This document shows, in pieces, positions 38,738-49,155 of a stretch of DNA of 64,000 nucleotides. Under the pieces are notes generated by a model that worked only from the letters and a program-made list of their open reading frames with translations, had not been told where the DNA came from and did no database searches. Source of the DNA: Candidatus Bathyarchaeum tardum (GTDB taxonomy: Archaea > Thermoproteota > Bathyarchaeia > Bathyarchaeales > Bathyarchaeaceae); NCBI GenBank assembly GCA_024650005.2, contig CP122380.1, forward strand, positions 832,001-896,000, given 5' to 3'. The position numbers and the translations under genes were made by a program. Position 1 is the stretch's first letter. Each line of letters begins with the position of its first letter.

Positions 38738-39283
38738 TTACGCGGGAACCAAACAGGCAGTCAGTTTCTCGGAAACCCCTACGTGCAAGGTTTTACGATT
38801 CTCGTAAGTTACATGGACAATTTCAGCGTCTGGTCTTCCTTTAAGGTTCTCAACAAGAGGATGCTTACTTTTACAATGAATAGTCGCCAACAACGGTTTG
38901 TTGGATTCGATAGCTTGAACCAAAGCTGCACTAAAAGCAGTTGAAGAAAGCTCCATGGGGCCAACCTCATCAATTGCAATTACATCTCCATGTTGAATAG
39001 CTTCAACAATTGCACTTGCACCTAACACGTCTAGGTCAACCAAGTTAACCGTGTATTTGCTGATTTTAGGACCTTGAAACTGATTTATGTGCGCTAACCA
39101 TCCTTTTTGTCCGGTGGACAAATCCATTATTTCAAAACCTACTCGCGAACCACCTTCCCGGATGTCGGCGCTAAGCATGCCACCGATTTTAAGACCTTTC
39201 TGTTTAAGACTATTTACTGTCCGATGGAATACACTTGACTTTCCAATACATGGAGGCCCCGTTAGAAGTATAATCCTTTTCAA
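38738..39283 (-). CDS. THEP1-like nucleoside triphosphatase
   Basis: TGPPCIGKS, RVGF and IDEVGPMEL motifs. Confidence 0.92.
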   Translation of the reverse strand: MKRIILLTGPPCIGKSSVFHRTVNSLKQKGLKIGGMLSADIREGGSRVGFEIMDLSTGQKGWLAHINQFQGPKISKYTVNLVDLDVLGASAIVEAIQHGDVIAIDEVGPMELSSTAFSAALVQAIESNKPLLATIHCKSKHPLVENLKGRPDAEIVHVTYENRKTLHVGVSEKLTACLVPA

Positions 39284-39368
39284 TGTTGCCTACCCCAACA
39301 ACAATAGACTTAACTCTAATATGTACTTGTAACAATAAAAAATTTGGCGTGCACAGGAGTCATGAAAC

Positions 39369-40568
39369 TTGGAGTTTGGGTTCCCCACTGAAAAAATACA
39401 AGAAGGCAAAACAGCAATAATAGTGCCCAAACTTAGTGCTTACACAAAAAAAGCTTCAGATTACGCCCCATCCAAGGCTCCAGTTTTCTATAACCCAGTA
39501 ATGGAACTTAACCGAGACTTTGCAGTTGTCGCACTTCAGGCTTTCCAAAGAATGGCTGAACGGGAACTGTACGTTTCTGAACCCATGACCGGATGCGGAT
39601 TACGGGGCACAAGAATTGCAGTCGAAGTGGAAGGAATCCAAAAAGTAGTCGTTAACGACATTAACCCCCTTGCTACAAAGATTGCTAAATATAATGCAGA
39701 AATCAACCAAGTTTCAAAAGTTTTCGAAACAGCAACTGAAGACGCTAACCTTTTTCTCACTAAACATGCTGCACCTAAACAAAGGTTCGATTACGTTGAC
39801 GTTGACCCTTTTGGCACCCCTGTTCCGTACATGGATTCTGCATTACGGTCCTTACGTAATGGAGGAATGATTGCATTAACTGCAACAGACATGGCTCCGT
39901 TATGTGGAGTTCATCCCCGGGCATGTTTACGAAAATATGGCGGAGTTCCGTTGCGAACAGAATACTGTCACGAACTGGCGGTACGCTTAGTTTCTGGATG
40001 CTTAGTGATGATGGCTGCAAAACACGAAACCGGAATCAACGTAGTATTCAGCCACAGCAACGACCATTATGTTCGAGTCTATGCAACCTTAAAAAACGGC
40101 GCCAAAGTCTCAGACAACAGCATAAAACAAATGGGATACATTTTACATTGTTTTTCATGCCTTCACCGAGAACCATCCCCAGGAATAACTGCCTCAATAA
40201 AACATGCATGCCCAAACTGTGGAAACAAAATGAACGTTGCAGGTCCGTTATGGCTCGGTAGAATTGTGGACAAAACCTTTTGCTCATCAATGCTTAAGGA
40301 AATGGAACAAAGAAACCTTCGACAACAAAAACGGCTTCTAAAGATGTTAAACTTGCTTCAAAACGAAGCTGAAGCACCAATAACTTACTATCGCGTGGAC
40401 TACATCTGTGATAAATTGAATTTACCGGTTCCACCTCAAATTAAGGTCCTAGAAAAATTGAATGAAAAGGGATACCAAGCTGTTTTAACCCATTTTAACA
40501 GCAGGGGATTCAAAACAAATGCGCCATCAGATAAAGTGACTGAAATCGTAACAAAACTTGTAACGTAA
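39369..40568 (+). CDS. trm1: tRNA (guanine26-N2)-dimethyltransferase
   Basis: VFYNPVMELNRD, VNDIN, DPFGTP, TATD and GPLWLG motifs. Confidence 0.95.
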   Translation: MEFGFPTEKIQEGKTAIIVPKLSAYTKKASDYAPSKAPVFYNPVMELNRDFAVVALQAFQRMAERELYVSEPMTGCGLRGTRIAVEVEGIQKVVVNDINPLATKIAKYNAEINQVSKVFETATEDANLFLTKHAAPKQRFDYVDVDPFGTPVPYMDSALRSLRNGGMIALTATDMAPLCGVHPRACLRKYGGVPLRTEYCHELAVRLVSGCLVMMAAKHETGINVVFSHSNDHYVRVYATLKNGAKVSDNSIKQMGYILHCFSCLHREPSPGITASIKHACPNCGNKMNVAGPLWLGRIVDKTFCSSMLKEMEQRNLRQQKRLLKMLNLLQNEAEAPITYYRVDYICDKLNLPVPPQIKVLEKLNEKGYQAVLTHFNSRGFKTNAPSDKVTEIVTKLVT

Positions 40569-40627
40569 TACTTCATTGAAAAAATAAAATAACATCATCT
40601 GGGTATACCTCAAGTGTTTGGTGCATA

Positions 40628-41896
40628 ATGTTGAAAACATCGTTACACGTTTTACTGTTCACCTTCTGGATGTGTACCGTGGTGTTCTCAGCACCGATTT
40701 TTGGGTTACCTGTAAACCAAGAGGTGCCCGTTACAAATCAACTGCAGGTCAATACAATTTCTGAAGGATACATTCTGTCAACAGATTCTAATTACGAAAC
40801 ATATGACCGCTATTATATAGAAAACGAAAAACTTTACGTATGGGTTTGGTCTTCAAAGTTAGACCCATACAACATTGGTGACCATTATTGTCAACTCACT
40901 CTGGACAAGTATGTGCACAAATTTTACCTTAACTATGACCAGAACATGAGCCAACCCAACTCTTTCACTGGTTCCTTTGACTTGTCACGGTTAGAAAAAT
41001 CAGGGGACTGGGCGGTTCAAATCTATTTGCGGACCTCACCACCTAAGCCAGAAACCTTTGAAGAAAACGATGTAATTCACGTTTTAGAGCAAGCTCCACA
41101 GACGCATCTGTTGACTGTTTCTTCATGGCCGATTTCCGATGTTATTTTCACCTTGAATGGGACAAATTGGATAACACAATTTTCCAGTTCGGTAAAAGAA
41201 GCAGCATATACTATTGTAATGCCCCCAAACGTAACTGTTAACAAAAAAACTTACGACTTTCTTGAATGGGAAAATGGAGCAACTTTACAAACCAGAACAA
41301 TAAACCTGACTGATGATAGATTTGTTACAGCATATTATGTTGCTCAAAATGAAACGTTTAGTTCAACAATTACCGGAATAGTTACAGATAATCTGGGAAA
41401 TCCAATCCCATCTGCAAAAGTCACAATTATAGAAACCAAAAATTTTACTTTCACTGTTTCAGATCCTGCTGGACAATACTTGTTTGAAAATCTATCTGAA
41501 GGCATTTACACCCTTAAAGTAGAAGCTGAAGGATACAACACAACTCTAACTGCTCTTGCTGTGGAACCCAATAACGATCATACACAAAATTTTGCACTAA
41601 GTTCAGCAACAACAAAAGACGAAGGCGGAGAATTAGAAGCATGGCAAATTGGCTTAGTTGTTCTGACATTGATTGGAGCAACTATGTTACTAATGTTGTG
41701 GAGAAGCCGAAAAAGATTCATGAAAAAAATCAAAAAAACAGAATACAAAAAGAGCCTCGAAAAAGTTAGATTAAATGCGAGTCTACAAGAGTTGAAAGAC
41801 CTTCGTCAGAAAGGGCTCTTGAGTGAAAAAGCCTACGAAGAAATGCAAAAACAGTTGAAAGAAGACCTTGCAAAAATTATGGAAACAAAAAATTAA
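40628..41896 (+). CDS. Surface protein with carboxypeptidase-regulatory-like domain, TM and cytoplasmic SHOCT-like tail
   Basis: Signal peptide; ITGIVTD..GNPIPSAKV...GQYLF..LSEGIYTLKVEAEGY; TM; LQELKDLRQKGLLSEKAYEEMQ. Confidence 0.8.
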   Translation: MLKTSLHVLLFTFWMCTVVFSAPIFGLPVNQEVPVTNQLQVNTISEGYILSTDSNYETYDRYYIENEKLYVWVWSSKLDPYNIGDHYCQLTLDKYVHKFYLNYDQNMSQPNSFTGSFDLSRLEKSGDWAVQIYLRTSPPKPETFEENDVIHVLEQAPQTHLLTVSSWPISDVIFTLNGTNWITQFSSSVKEAAYTIVMPPNVTVNKKTYDFLEWENGATLQTRTINLTDDRFVTAYYVAQNETFSSTITGIVTDNLGNPIPSAKVTIIETKNFTFTVSDPAGQYLFENLSEGIYTLKVEAEGYNTTLTALAVEPNNDHTQNFALSSATTKDEGGELEAWQIGLVVLTLIGATMLLMLWRSRKRFMKKIKKTEYKKSLEKVRLNASLQELKDLRQKGLLSEKAYEEMQKQLKEDLAKIMETKN

Positions 41897-42516
41897 TTGT
41901 CTAAACCAAGCAATGTAACTAATTCAATCTGGTCCTGCAGTTGATTAACCACGTTTCTAAAAACTGTTTGATATTCCCTGCGCATGGTTTGGTAAATTGA
42001 TTCACTGATTTTTCCTTGGGCTAAATCGTCGTCAAGTTTGTTTAATACCTTGCTTAAGCTTGTTTTTTGAACCTGCAAAGACAACAGCTGGGTTGGCACT
42101 GGAAAACATTCTCGTGGCAACTCAATAACAGGTCCTATGGCTTCTCTGATTTTTTCACCAGAACTTGATTCAACAGTTTGCATTTCTTGGAAACGATATG
42201 CAGCAAGCAAGAAACGGACGTCTTTTTTTCCAAGATTAAGTTTTTCGACTATTCCTGACGGAATTAAAGTTTTTTTGAGTAGTTGCCGTACAATATCCAT
42301 TTCACGTTTAGTTACTGTATCATACATATCGCCAACAATTTCTCGAAGTTTAACAGGTTCACGTTTTTCATAGATTTTCTTTGCCAGGGACAAAAGTATC
42401 TTGTGTACAAGAAGTTCTTCTTGTTTCTCAGTTGGTTGTTTAACGTACTTGGCTGATTTTTCTGAAACTGGATTGACACGTAACAAACGTTGAACTAACT
42501 CTTTTTCCCATGACAT
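41893..42516 (-). CDS. Hypothetical protein, putative wHTH plus SHOCT-like C-terminus
   Basis: C-terminal LDDDLAQGKISESIYQTMRREY; N-terminal helical/wing pattern. Confidence 0.6.
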   Translation of the reverse strand: MSWEKELVQRLLRVNPVSEKSAKYVKQPTEKQEELLVHKILLSLAKKIYEKREPVKLREIVGDMYDTVTKREMDIVRQLLKKTLIPSGIVEKLNLGKKDVRFLLAAYRFQEMQTVESSSGEKIREAIGPVIELPRECFPVPTQLLSLQVQKTSLSKVLNKLDDDLAQGKISESIYQTMRREYQTVFRNVVNQLQDQIELVTLLGLDN

Positions 42517-42614
42517 TTTGTTGCAACCTAATCAGAGCGGTTCGTATGATGCTAACTCAATTGATATCAAAAGAGAACCGACATAAAGCTTTCCATAACC
42601 CAAAGGAAGTAAAA

Positions 42615-44615
42615 ATGATGAAGAAAACTAAAGCAATAATCATGCTTGCCCTGATTTCATTATCTTTAGTAACAGTGTTTTCAATACCAATTCACGCTGT
42701 TACTGTAACAGATGTTAATCCTGCCCAAGGACCCGTGGGAACCGAAGTTAGAGTAATCGGAGAAATAGATACCATGGGAGGAGCATACAGCATCTGGTTT
42801 GACCTAGACGGCAACGGAACAGCAGTTGGAGACACCCTCGTAAAGACGGGCAATGCTCCAGCGGGTTCGTATGCAATTAACACTACCTTTGTTGTTCCTT
42901 CTTGTGCAGGCACTGACGCTGGAGAAGAATACACAATCAGCTTACAGGACAACTCAACAGAAGTAAGCCACGACGGCACATTTACTGTGCAAACCTCACG
43001 AACTTTAACAGTTCCAGATTACGTCCAAGAAGGCGACTTGGTCACAATCAAAATTGCAGTAACCGGGGGAACATCCTACACTGTAAACAACTTTACAGTT
43101 GCAGTTACCGACCCAGCAGCAACAACCACCATGAACTATAACGTTTCTTTTACAACCGACAATTACGGGGCTGGATACAACATAACAGAATTTCCAATAG
43201 ACTACTCCATTGGATCTACTTCCAACTACACAGGAACTTACACAGTAGTTGCTAATCGGACACTTCCAGGAGAAATCACAAACGCTTCAACTGCAACTTT
43301 TGTGGTAGGTTTGACAGACGCCCAATACTATAACAGGTTTGAAAATGTTAACCTGAAAACTTCAGGTTGGGCAGTTAACCAAAACATTACAGTTACAATA
43401 AAGAATCCCTCAATGGAAAACGTTAAAGTTTGGGAAAACGTGAACGCAACCGACGGAACATGGACAGGAGACTGGACAATTCCAGTTGATGCCCCACAGG
43501 GAACCTACACCGTGGAAGCAGTAAACGACACAGGATTAGACAAAACTGTAGCGTCCCTTCAAACATTCACTGTTCAGTCCGCTAGCTTGAAAGTTATGGT
43601 TACTGAACAACCAGCAACCAGTTACATGCGAACCCAAACCGTAACTGCAAAAATCAACATCACTTATCCAGACAACAGCTTCTATACCGCAATAGACCTT
43701 GGCGAAATACAAGTCGGGGTTTATCAAGACGTAAACAACGTAGCCAACGTGACCTTAACTGCAGAAGATTTCAACGCAACAACCAACGAATGGATAATCA
43801 GCTGGATTAGCTCTTGGAACGCAACCCTAGCAGACGATTACCAATTTGTGGTAAAAGCCAACGAAATCGTTGACGCAAACAACCCAAACAAAGGACCATT
43901 AACAGACGTTTCCACAGGCAGTTTTGAATTGCAGGCAGCTTCTTTGAACATCGACTCAATTAACACCACAATGACCTCTTATGTTCAAGGAGAAGTTGTT
44001 ACAGCTTACTTTACGGCCATGTATCAAGACGGAACTCCAGTCATCACGGGTAGTGCACCAATCAACATGACTATGGCCAACGGAACAAGCACAATACTAA
44101 CAGCAACTTATATTCCAGCAAACAGCAGATTCGAAGCCCAATACAGCCTAAACACAGAATCCCCCTTGGGAACATGGACTGCACTACTAGAAGCCCAAAA
44201 CCTAGAAGACAACGAAGGAAACACAGGTCCAACAGAAGACAAAACAACAACCTTCACCGTTACAAAAGAAACAGCCCCTGAAGAAGAAGTAGCAGTAAAC
44301 GTAAAAATCACACCCCAATCCCTTAACATGAAAAGCAAAGGCAAATGGGTCATGGTTCACATCAAAGTCACAGGGGCTAGCCCATCGGATGTAGACCTTT
44401 CTACAATTCTACTTGACGGGGTAATTGAAGCCCAAGAAAGCAAAGTCTGCGGTGAAGGCCAAGTATTACTAAAATTCAACAGAGCAGAAATACAAAATCA
44501 CATAAAAAACAACTACGAAAATTCAAACAAATTCAGTAACGTAGAACTCACAATCTCAGGAGAAGTAGATGGACAAACCTTCGAAGACACCAACAGCATC
44601 AAAGTGAAAAAATAA
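42615..44615 (+). CDS. Large secreted Thr/Asn-rich Ig-like surface (S-layer-like) glycoprotein
   Basis: Signal peptide MMKKTKAIIMLALIS, many N-x-S/T sequons, C-terminal ITPQSLNMKSKGKWV domain. Confidence 0.8.
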   Translation: MMKKTKAIIMLALISLSLVTVFSIPIHAVTVTDVNPAQGPVGTEVRVIGEIDTMGGAYSIWFDLDGNGTAVGDTLVKTGNAPAGSYAINTTFVVPSCAGTDAGEEYTISLQDNSTEVSHDGTFTVQTSRTLTVPDYVQEGDLVTIKIAVTGGTSYTVNNFTVAVTDPAATTTMNYNVSFTTDNYGAGYNITEFPIDYSIGSTSNYTGTYTVVANRTLPGEITNASTATFVVGLTDAQYYNRFENVNLKTSGWAVNQNITVTIKNPSMENVKVWENVNATDGTWTGDWTIPVDAPQGTYTVEAVNDTGLDKTVASLQTFTVQSASLKVMVTEQPATSYMRTQTVTAKINITYPDNSFYTAIDLGEIQVGVYQDVNNVANVTLTAEDFNATTNEWIISWISSWNATLADDYQFVVKANEIVDANNPNKGPLTDVSTGSFELQAASLNIDSINTTMTSYVQGEVVTAYFTAMYQDGTPVITGSAPINMTMANGTSTILTATYIPANSRFEAQYSLNTESPLGTWTALLEAQNLEDNEGNTGPTEDKTTTFTVTKETAPEEEVAVNVKITPQSLNMKSKGKWVMVHIKVTGASPSDVDLSTILLDGVIEAQESKVCGEGQVLLKFNRAEIQNHIKNNYENSNKFSNVELTISGEVDGQTFEDTNSIKVKK

Positions 44616-44629
44616 ACTACAAAAACCAT

Positions 44630-44669
44630 GGGCAGAACAAACTGTTCTTGCCCCAAAATTTCTTTTTTT
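44630..44669 (+). terminator. Hairpin plus T-tract between convergent genes
   Basis: GGGCAGAACA-aac-TGTTCTTGCCC followed by a T-rich tract. Confidence 0.55.
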
Positions 44670-44674
44670 AAAAG

Positions 44675-45274
44675 TTATAATCCGAGTTTTTCGTAAATTC
44701 TTTGTTTTTTACATTCAGCATTGTTTTGCACAGCATCAAAGAGATTATTTCCGTGAGAATCAATGGCTACAATTAGGGGTCCAAAGTCTTTCACTTCTAG
44801 TGTCCACAGGGCTTCGGGCATGCCAAGGTCAAGCCATTCGACGTTTTTGACTTGTTTTATGGCTTTGGCTGCCAGAATTGCGGCACCTCCAGTGAATGCT
44901 CCGTAAACTGCGCCATATTTTTTCATAGCATCAACGGTTTTTTTGCCCATGCCTCCTTTGCCGATTACTACACGCACTTTGAAGTTCTTTAGAAAATCTG
45001 CTGTAAAGGGTTCCATGCGGGAACTTGTGGTTGGACCAGCAGCAACAACGGTCCATTCGTCGTTGACTTTTTTGACTATGGGTCCACAATGAAAAATTGC
45101 CAAGCCATCCAAGTTTATAGGCAGTTGTTTTTGGTTATTATAATAGTCGAGTGTTCGTTTGTGGGCTGAATCCCTTGCAGTGACTACGGTTCCAGTAAGG
45201 TAGATTACGTCGTTTACTTTGAGGTTTCGGACTTGTTCTTCGGAGATTGGAGTTTTAAATTTGTAAACTGCCAT
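44675..45274 (-). CDS. Fumarate/tartrate hydratase beta subunit (class I Fe-S)
   Basis: TARDSAH, HCGP, GPTTSSRM, IGKGG and DSHGN motifs. Confidence 0.93.
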   Translation of the reverse strand: MAVYKFKTPISEEQVRNLKVNDVIYLTGTVVTARDSAHKRTLDYYNNQKQLPINLDGLAIFHCGPIVKKVNDEWTVVAAGPTTSSRMEPFTADFLKNFKVRVVIGKGGMGKKTVDAMKKYGAVYGAFTGGAAILAAKAIKQVKNVEWLDLGMPEALWTLEVKDFGPLIVAIDSHGNNLFDAVQNNAECKKQRIYEKLGL

Positions 45275-45277
45275 GAA

Positions 45278-46153
45278 TTATGTCACCTTGTGGGTTAGAT
45301 ACTCAACTTTTCCGTCAGAATCTATTCGGGCGGTGGCTCTTCGGGCTGCCCAGCATTGCACAACTACTGCTACAGGATACGATGCAGGATGCCGATAGGC
45401 GTAATCAAGTTTAACACCCAAAACGGTTGTTTTTCCGCCTAATCCCATGGGTCCAATACCTGTAGAGTTCACAGCTTCTAGGAGTTCTTGTTCTAGTTTA
45501 GCCAATTCAGGGTCAGGGTTTGCCTGATTTATTGGGGTTAACAGGGCTTTTTTGGCAAGTTTCATGGCAATATCAGCTCCCCCCCCAACGGCTACCCCTA
45601 AAACGGTAGGAGGACAAGGTTTGGCTCCCGCCTTGATTACGGTGTCTACGACAAATTTTTTGAGACCTTTAACCCCTTCACTGGGACTGAGCATTCCCAA
45701 AGCTGAAACGTTTTCTGAACCTCCGCCTTTGGGCAAAACTGTAATTTCTAGGCTGTTTCCCGGAACAATTTCCCAGTTAATGAATGGAACATATCTACCA
45801 GTGTTGTCTCCAGTGTTTTTTTGGGTGAAAGGATTAACAGCATTTGGCCGCAAAGGAATTTCTTTAGTTGCCCGCAAGGTAGCATTAAGCAGGGCAGACT
45901 CAATTATGTCCAATCCACATATCTCGTTTCCTGCTTTGACGTAAAAAATTATTATTCCCGTATCTTGGCACATGGGAGCGCACGTTTTTTCTGCTAACTC
46001 AATGTTGTCCAGTATTGCTTTAAGCTGAGATTTCGCAACAGAAGTTTCTTGCGAATATGCCCGTTCCAAAGATTCTTTGACATCTGAAGGTAGTTTGGTG
46101 ACCGCCAGTTGCAAAAGTTTAACGGCTACGTTTTCCACAACTTGTTCTGGCAC
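45278..46153 (-). CDS. Fumarate/tartrate hydratase alpha subunit
   Basis: CQDTG, KGGGSEN, PCPP, GPMGLGG and QCWAAR motifs. Confidence 0.93.
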   Translation of the reverse strand: MPEQVVENVAVKLLQLAVTKLPSDVKESLERAYSQETSVAKSQLKAILDNIELAEKTCAPMCQDTGIIIFYVKAGNEICGLDIIESALLNATLRATKEIPLRPNAVNPFTQKNTGDNTGRYVPFINWEIVPGNSLEITVLPKGGGSENVSALGMLSPSEGVKGLKKFVVDTVIKAGAKPCPPTVLGVAVGGGADIAMKLAKKALLTPINQANPDPELAKLEQELLEAVNSTGIGPMGLGGKTTVLGVKLDYAYRHPASYPVAVVVQCWAARRATARIDSDGKVEYLTHKVT

Positions 46154-46314
46154 TAAAATTGTCTACATCCTCTGAACAGAAAAGTTAGAAGAACACTCCT
46201 TATACTTTTTGCTACAAAAGAAATTGTTGTTAATCAAACATTTTATCAGTTATATAGTCTAAACTTAAATATACACTTAGCCAATGCATGTAAATCTGGA
46301 ACTGACACCCCAAA

Positions 46315-47301
46315 ATGACCGAAGAAACGCCCAAAAAAAATAAAAAATTCGAAACTTTAGAAGACCTTGGCCTAGGAACAACCATGGCAAAAAAACTTCG
46401 GGAAATGGGGTTGAACACGGTAGAATCTCTTGGAATGGCTACTGTCAAAGAACTTGAGCAAATAGGAATCAACAAAAAAACCGCCAACGAATTAATCCGT
46501 AAAGCCCGTTTAAGCATGCCTTTTCAGTTCATCAGGGGTGATGAACTAGTAAAAATGCGCAAAAACATTTTACAGTTAACAACTGGAAGCAAAATGCTTG
46601 ACAAACTCTTGGGGGGCGGCATTGAATCCCAGTCAATTACAGAATTTTACGGAGAATACGGAAGCGGAAAAAGCCAGATTTGCCACCAGTTGTGCGTGAA
46701 TGTTCAATTGCCCCCTGAACAAGGGGGTTTAGGTGGTGCCTCTCTGTATATCGATACCGAAAATACATTCAGGACTGAACGAATTTTTCAGATGGCAAAA
46801 AATTTTGGGTTAGACCCCGAAGAAACTATCCGGAACATAATTTATGCAGAAGCTTTTACGTCAGATCATCAGATGTTCTTGTTAGAAAACGCAGATAAAA
46901 TAATCAAAGAAAACGGAATCCGACTGATTGTTGTGGATTCGTTGACTTCCCATTTTAGAAGTGAATATATGGGCAGAGAAATGCTTCAAGAACGCCAACA
47001 AAAACTAAACAAACACATGCACATGCTGATTCGCTTATCCCGAGCATTTAATGCTGTGGCTGTAGTAACAAATCAGGTTATGTCTAAACCTGACGTATTC
47101 TTCGGAGAAGCAGTGCATCCCGTGGGCGGACACATAGTTGCCCATACTAGTCACACACGGGTTTTTCTACGAAAATCTGCCCGTGGACCAGTAAGAATCG
47201 CACGTCTAGTTTCAAGCCCCCACCTACCCGAGGGCGAAGGAGTTTTCAAAGTTACCGAAAGAGGAATAGAGGACGTTAACACAAATGATGGAGAGAATTA
47301 A
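46315..47301 (+). CDS. radA: DNA repair and recombination protein RadA
   Basis: N-terminal Hh[10 protein letters not shown] Walker [14 protein letters not shown] and GGHIVAH; no intein. Confidence 0.96.
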   Translation: MTEETPKKNKKFETLEDLGLGTTMAKKLREMGLNTVESLGMATVKELEQIGINKKTANELIRKARLSMPFQFIRGDELVKMRKNILQLTTGSKMLDKLLGGGIESQSITEFYGEYGSGKSQICHQLCVNVQLPPEQGGLGGASLYIDTENTFRTERIFQMAKNFGLDPEETIRNIIYAEAFTSDHQMFLLENADKIIKENGIRLIVVDSLTSHFRSEYMGREMLQERQQKLNKHMHMLIRLSRAFNAVAVVTNQVMSKPDVFFGEAVHPVGGHIVAHTSHTRVFLRKSARGPVRIARLVSSPHLPEGEGVFKVTERGIEDVNTNDGEN

Positions 47302-47306
47302 CTAAA

Positions 47307-47708
47307 ATGCCGATTTCGAAAGTTTTCGTAGTAAGGTTTGTGCAGCTGTTAAAAGGGCGACGTTTTGCAGAAGCTGAACGAGTTCTTGAGAGAATAAAAG
47401 AAAGCACAAACACAACAGAATGGAACAGCGGATACATCCATGCTTTAGATGGAATACTTCTTACCCAGAAATCAAGCGATTCATATGCTTTTTTGGCTAA
47501 TATCGACTTAGATGATGAAAAAACCCTAAGAAAAAGCCGAAAAGAGTTCTTAAAAGAATACAAAAACAAGGTTCACCAAGATTTCGACCGGGGATTTTAT
47601 GCAGCATGGGCAGATTTCACCCTTATCGCAGTAAGGGAAATCACAAACAAAGAAGCAAAAGAACCCACACCAGAAATTGAAGAAAAAAGCGCTGAGATAG
47701 AACAATAA
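47307..47708 (+). CDS. Hypothetical protein co-transcribed with radA
   Basis: 133-aa ORF 5 nt after radA, with duplicated GY..AL / GFY.AW helices. Confidence 0.7.
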   Translation: MPISKVFVVRFVQLLKGRRFAEAERVLERIKESTNTTEWNSGYIHALDGILLTQKSSDSYAFLANIDLDDEKTLRKSRKEFLKEYKNKVHQDFDRGFYAAWADFTLIAVREITNKEAKEPTPEIEEKSAEIEQ

Positions 47709-47727
47709 ACGAGTTAAAAAAATTAGG

Positions 47728-47750
47728 TTTCGTCAAATAAAATGACGAAA
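47728..47750. terminator. Hairpin between convergent genes
   Basis: TTTCGTCA-aataaaa-TGACGAAA. Confidence 0.4.
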
Positions 47751-47756
47751 TTTGAA

Positions 47757-47990
47757 TTAATGTTTTTTAGCCTCAATTATTGCCCGGCATTTGTCTGCGA
47801 ATTCACACCAGTCTAAACAAGACTGCACTTTTTCGGGTCTGCTTACTGTTTGTCCGCAGATATCGCATTCTGCTGTTTCTTCGTCGCTCCAGATTTCTAC
47901 TGTTCCAGCGCAGTTTGGGCACTGGATGAATTCAGGTTTAGGGCGAAGAAAATTTTTGATTCCCGGACAAGTTTCGGGGGATTTTTCCAT
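47757..47990 (-). CDS. Small Cys-rich Zn-ribbon/Fe-S protein
   Basis: CPG, CPNC, CDIC and SCLDWCEFADKC motifs. Confidence 0.75.
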   Translation of the reverse strand: MEKSPETCPGIKNFLRPKPEFIQCPNCAGTVEIWSDEETAECDICGQTVSRPEKVQSCLDWCEFADKCRAIIEAKKH

Positions 47991-48002
47991 TTTTTAATTC
48001 TC

Positions 48003-48728
48003 CTAATTATTTGATTGTGAAAGGATTTCTCCTTTAATGCTGATTGTTTTTTGGCTTAACGGGACATGTTTTCCAGAAAGTTCCATGGCTTCTTCAACCA
48101 GCCGTTTTAATCCGAAACAGCAGGGAACTTCCATGTTCACCACGGTAACGCTTTGTATGTTTGCGGTGCGGAAAATTTCAGCTAACTTGTTACGGTAAAG
48201 GCTTACATCGTCTAGTTTAGGGCATCCTACGGTAAGAACCTTGTTTTGTAACATGTCTTGATGAAAATTTGCGTACGCAAAGGGAACACAGTCTGCAGCT
48301 ATTAGCAAATCTGCATTTTTAAGGAAAGGCGCATATGGGGGCAACAGTTTGAGTTGCACTGGCCACGTAGTTAAGCTTGATTTTTGCTTTGCTGTAACTG
48401 CTTTAGTTGGCTGTTGGGTATCAAATTGCATCGGTTGTGCAGACGGGCAACCAATAGGTTGATCAGGTGTAGTTGAAGTTTTTTTGGTTGCTTGAACATG
48501 TTCTTGAGCTGCTTCTTCGTCAAATTGGTCAGCCTCTCGTTGAATTATGGTTATAGCGTCTTGGGGGCATTTTCCCAAACATGCTCCTAGTCCGTCGCAG
48601 TACATATCTTTGACGAGCCGGGCTTTTCCGTCAATTATTTGGATCGCTCCTTCAGCACATGCTGGTATGCATAGCCCACAGCCGTTGCATTTTTTTTCGT
48701 CTATTTGAACGATGTTTCTTAGAACCAT
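48003..48728 (-). CDS. 4Fe-4S dicluster protein
   Basis: CNGCGLCIPAC, CDGLGACLGKCP, WPVQ, GCPKLD and MEVPCC motifs. Confidence 0.88.
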   Translation of the reverse strand: MVLRNIVQIDEKKCNGCGLCIPACAEGAIQIIDGKARLVKDMYCDGLGACLGKCPQDAITIIQREADQFDEEAAQEHVQATKKTSTTPDQPIGCPSAQPMQFDTQQPTKAVTAKQKSSLTTWPVQLKLLPPYAPFLKNADLLIAADCVPFAYANFHQDMLQNKVLTVGCPKLDDVSLYRNKLAEIFRTANIQSVTVVNMEVPCCFGLKRLVEEAMELSGKHVPLSQKTISIKGEILSQSNN

Positions 48729-48748
48729 CTTTGTTTTTCTCCCTGTTT

Positions 48749-48991
48749 TTAGCTCCTCACGAAATACCATGGTTTGTTTAGTTGTTCGTAAGCAATGAAT
48801 GTTACTTCAGGCTTTTTTGGTTGATTGCTGGTAATGTAAACTGAATCTCCAATTGCAAGATGTTCTTTAATTTTTTTAAAATCTATCTCGTTTACTTCGA
48901 CAGCTTTTATCTCTTGATTGTCGTTATTTTTTAGGAAGAACACTTGAAAAGCAGGTTGTTTTTTATCATTTTTTATGACGGTTTTCATCAT
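48749..48991 (-). CDS. Small hypothetical protein
   Basis: 80 aa with a GGAGG RBS upstream; EVNEIDF..I..HL..GDSVYIT. Confidence 0.65.
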   Translation of the reverse strand: MMKTVIKNDKKQPAFQVFFLKNNDNQEIKAVEVNEIDFKKIKEHLAIGDSVYITSNQPKKPEVTFIAYEQLNKPWYFVRS

Positions 48992-49040
48992 TTGTGTTCC
49001 TCCTTTATTTGTTAACTCATCACTTTAATTGAAACAAACT

Positions 49041-49064
49041 TCATATGAATATATATTCATATGA
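49041..49064. promoter_or_regulatory. Perfect 24-bp palindromic operator (ArsR/SmtB-like) in a divergent promoter region
   Basis: TCATATGAATATATATTCATATGA is its own reverse complement. Confidence 0.7.
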
Positions 49065-49155
49065 TATTTATAAGCGTTTTGTCAACCTAAACCAGTTCCA
49101 CAAAATATATAACGGTGTTATAAACATATTAATTTACCGCAAAGGTTGATGTTTT

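Noticed and set aside
46315-47301. Intein in RadA
   Set aside because: The length of 328 aa is normal and the motifs are contiguous.
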